From the NCBI GenBank assembly GCA_030740155.1, contig JASLXV010000060.1, positions 1 to 29,594 of the forward strand: 29,594 nt of DNA, given 5' to 3'. A model generated the notes under the pieces. That model was given only the letters and a program-made list of their open reading frames with translations, had not been told where the DNA came from and made no database searches. The DNA is from Dehalococcoidia bacterium. Its GTDB lineage: Bacteria; Chloroflexota; Dehalococcoidia; Lucifugimonadales; UBA3495. The stretch's first letter is position 1. The number at the start of each line of letters is the position of its first letter. A program made the translations under genes and the position numbers. Below are positions 28,148 through 29,594 of this stretch, piece by piece.

Positions 28148-28465
28148 CTAACACCGCTGGTTCCACACGCCGGACATGCCCTGGTACCGGGAAACCTGCG
28201 CTTGGGCCGCCTCACGCCGGGAGCGCTCCCGGGCGGTGGTTGGCGGCCCGGCGAGCGAGTTGAAAGCCGCCAGCACTCTTTTCCCTGCTCTGGCCAATAG
28301 TCTCCTCTGCCGCGCCGGGAGCCGGGTACGGCCCGCCGGGGCCGCCGCGGCGACGTGGGTTTGGCCAGGCGATTCGATTCGGGCCTCGGCTGGCGCCCGG
28401 CGGCTACCGTGCGCCGGGGAGGTCCCTGGGTGAACGGGCTGCGGTGTGCTTGTCAGTGTTGCCAT
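28148..28465 (-). CDS. Hypothetical protein (LAGPPTTARER motif)
   Basis: GGAGGG RBS before ATG 28465; basic C-terminal helix FNSLAGPPTTARERSRRE; downstream of the response regulator terminator. Confidence 0.55.
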   Translation of the reverse strand: MATLTSTPQPVHPGTSPAHGSRRAPAEARIESPGQTHVAAAAPAGRTRLPARQRRLLARAGKRVLAAFNSLAGPPTTARERSRREAAQAQVSRYQGMSGVWNQRC

Positions 28466-28615
28466 GCTATCCCTCCGTGGAGTCCCGTTCGAGTGATTCC
28501 GGCCGGCCAGGCCCACCCTGGTGCTTGCTGAATAACGGCTTGGCTTGCGGCTCTATTCAGAGTAACCCGCATTGGCAGCGGCGTAATCAGGAGAAGCGGC
28601 GGTCTTTACATAAGG

Positions 28616-28645
28616 AAAAAGGCTGACCGTACAGTCAGCCTTTTT
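28616..28645. terminator. Bidirectional-type intrinsic terminator after the response regulator
   Basis: AAAAAGGCTGAC-CGTACA-GTCAGCCTTTTT. Confidence 0.85.
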
Positions 28646-28674
28646 GTTGAAGGAGCCCTAGCACATTTGGGGGA

Positions 28675-29328
28675 TTAGAGCGTGATTATGCCCTTGCTCA
28701 TCGCCTTGGTGACCGCCTCCGTGCGGTGGTTCACCTCCAGCTTTTGGAAGATGTTGGTCACGTGGGTCTTGACAGTGCTCTCGCTGATGAAAAGGCCGGC
28801 GGCGATTTCCTTGTTGGCCGCCCCCTTGGCCATCAACCGCAGCACCTCCACCTCCCGTTCGGAGAGCGCCTGAGGTCCGCCGGTCTGGGATGCCTGGCGG
28901 GAAAGCTGGGCGAACCGGTCCAGCACCCGGGACACCATTCCCGGCTGAATCAAGGACTCGCCCCGGTTCACCACCCGTATCGCCTCGAATAGTTCGTTTC
29001 GGGAAGCGTCCTTCAACAGATAGCCTTTGGCGCCGGCCTCGATGGCGTCGAAGATGTATTCGTCGGTGTCATAGGTGGTGAGGACGAGGAACCGAACGTC
29101 GGGCTGGCTGGCCTGGATGCGGCGCATGGACTCGACGCCGTCCAGTTCAGGCATGCGCAGGTCCATCAGCACCACGTCGGGCTGCAGGGTGGCGGCTTTC
29201 TCCACCGCCTCCAGCCCATTCTCGGCCTCGCCCACCACCGAGAAATCCCCCTGCCTGGCCAGCATGGCGGCCAGTCCGTCGCGCACCACCGCGTGGTCGT
29301 CAACGATCAATATCCCAATCTTCTCCAT
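28675..29328 (-). CDS. NarL/FixJ-family response regulator (REC + LuxR HTH)
   Basis: IVDDH, DVVLMDLRMP, LTTY, GYLLK; LSEREVEVL...NKEIA...TVKTHV. Confidence 0.95.
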   Translation of the reverse strand: MEKIGILIVDDHAVVRDGLAAMLARQGDFSVVGEAENGLEAVEKAATLQPDVVLMDLRMPELDGVESMRRIQASQPDVRFLVLTTYDTDEYIFDAIEAGAKGYLLKDASRNELFEAIRVVNRGESLIQPGMVSRVLDRFAQLSRQASQTGGPQALSEREVEVLRLMAKGAANKEIAAGLFISESTVKTHVTNIFQKLEVNHRTEAVTKAMSKGIITL

Positions 29329-29538
29329 TTTTCAACCGTTCCCTCGGGAAAAATCATGGTCGGTCTGACGAGTCGTTCCACGTGCGGCGGGTGAGCCTCC
29401 CCCGCCCACCCCATTCAGTGCCCAGTCTACCAGCAAACGCACCCTATTCCCACCCATCCCGGTGGCCGCAAATGGGAGCGTAGCAGGGGGCATGCTTCGC
29501 GTGTTCAGGTGTCGCACGACCATTTGGCGGATGTATGG

Positions 29539-29594
29539 CTAGCCGGTAGGTATCTCCACCTGGACGAGGGTGCCTTTCCCTTCCTGGCTCTCTA
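29539..29594 (-). CDS. 3' end of a sensor histidine kinase (partial, truncated by the window)
   Basis: ESQEGKGTLVQVEIPTG* matches the HATPase C-terminal S-x2-G-x-G-T strand; directly upstream of the regulator. Confidence 0.7.
   Translation of the reverse strand, partial: ESQEGKGTLVQVEIPTG

Overview
High-GC bacterial chromosomal segment. The protein families and intergenic repeats resemble Chloroflexota, probably Dehalococcoidia/SAR202-like; this is an inference. Left to right: a non-coding 5' region with a perfect 24-bp palindrome, a candidate structured RNA with terminator and REP-like repeats; a B12-dependent acyl-CoA mutase large subunit with an unusual substrate pocket; a stand-alone 'Sensor'-domain membrane protein; a CapA-family metallophosphoesterase; two tandem atypical aldehyde:ferredoxin oxidoreductase (W/Mo-pterin) paralogues; an ABC exporter with two ~1130-aa FtsX-like permeases and two ATPases; a co-oriented trio of a small Zn-ribbon protein, an archaeal-type CetZ-like tubulin and an orphan cheX; bioB, a homocysteine S-methyltransferase-family gene and an amidohydrolase_2; a MITE-like element; a decaying stretch (frameshifted MFS transporter, truncated alcohol dehydrogenase, phosphodiesterase remnant, the latter two joined at a repeat); two small hypothetical genes; a NarL-type response regulator and the 3' end of its kinase. 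The most notable candidates are the bacterial CetZ-like tubulin next to cheX, the mutase with a remodelled active site, the AOR pair lacking canonical ligands, and the unexplained structured RNA and palindrome at 170-455.
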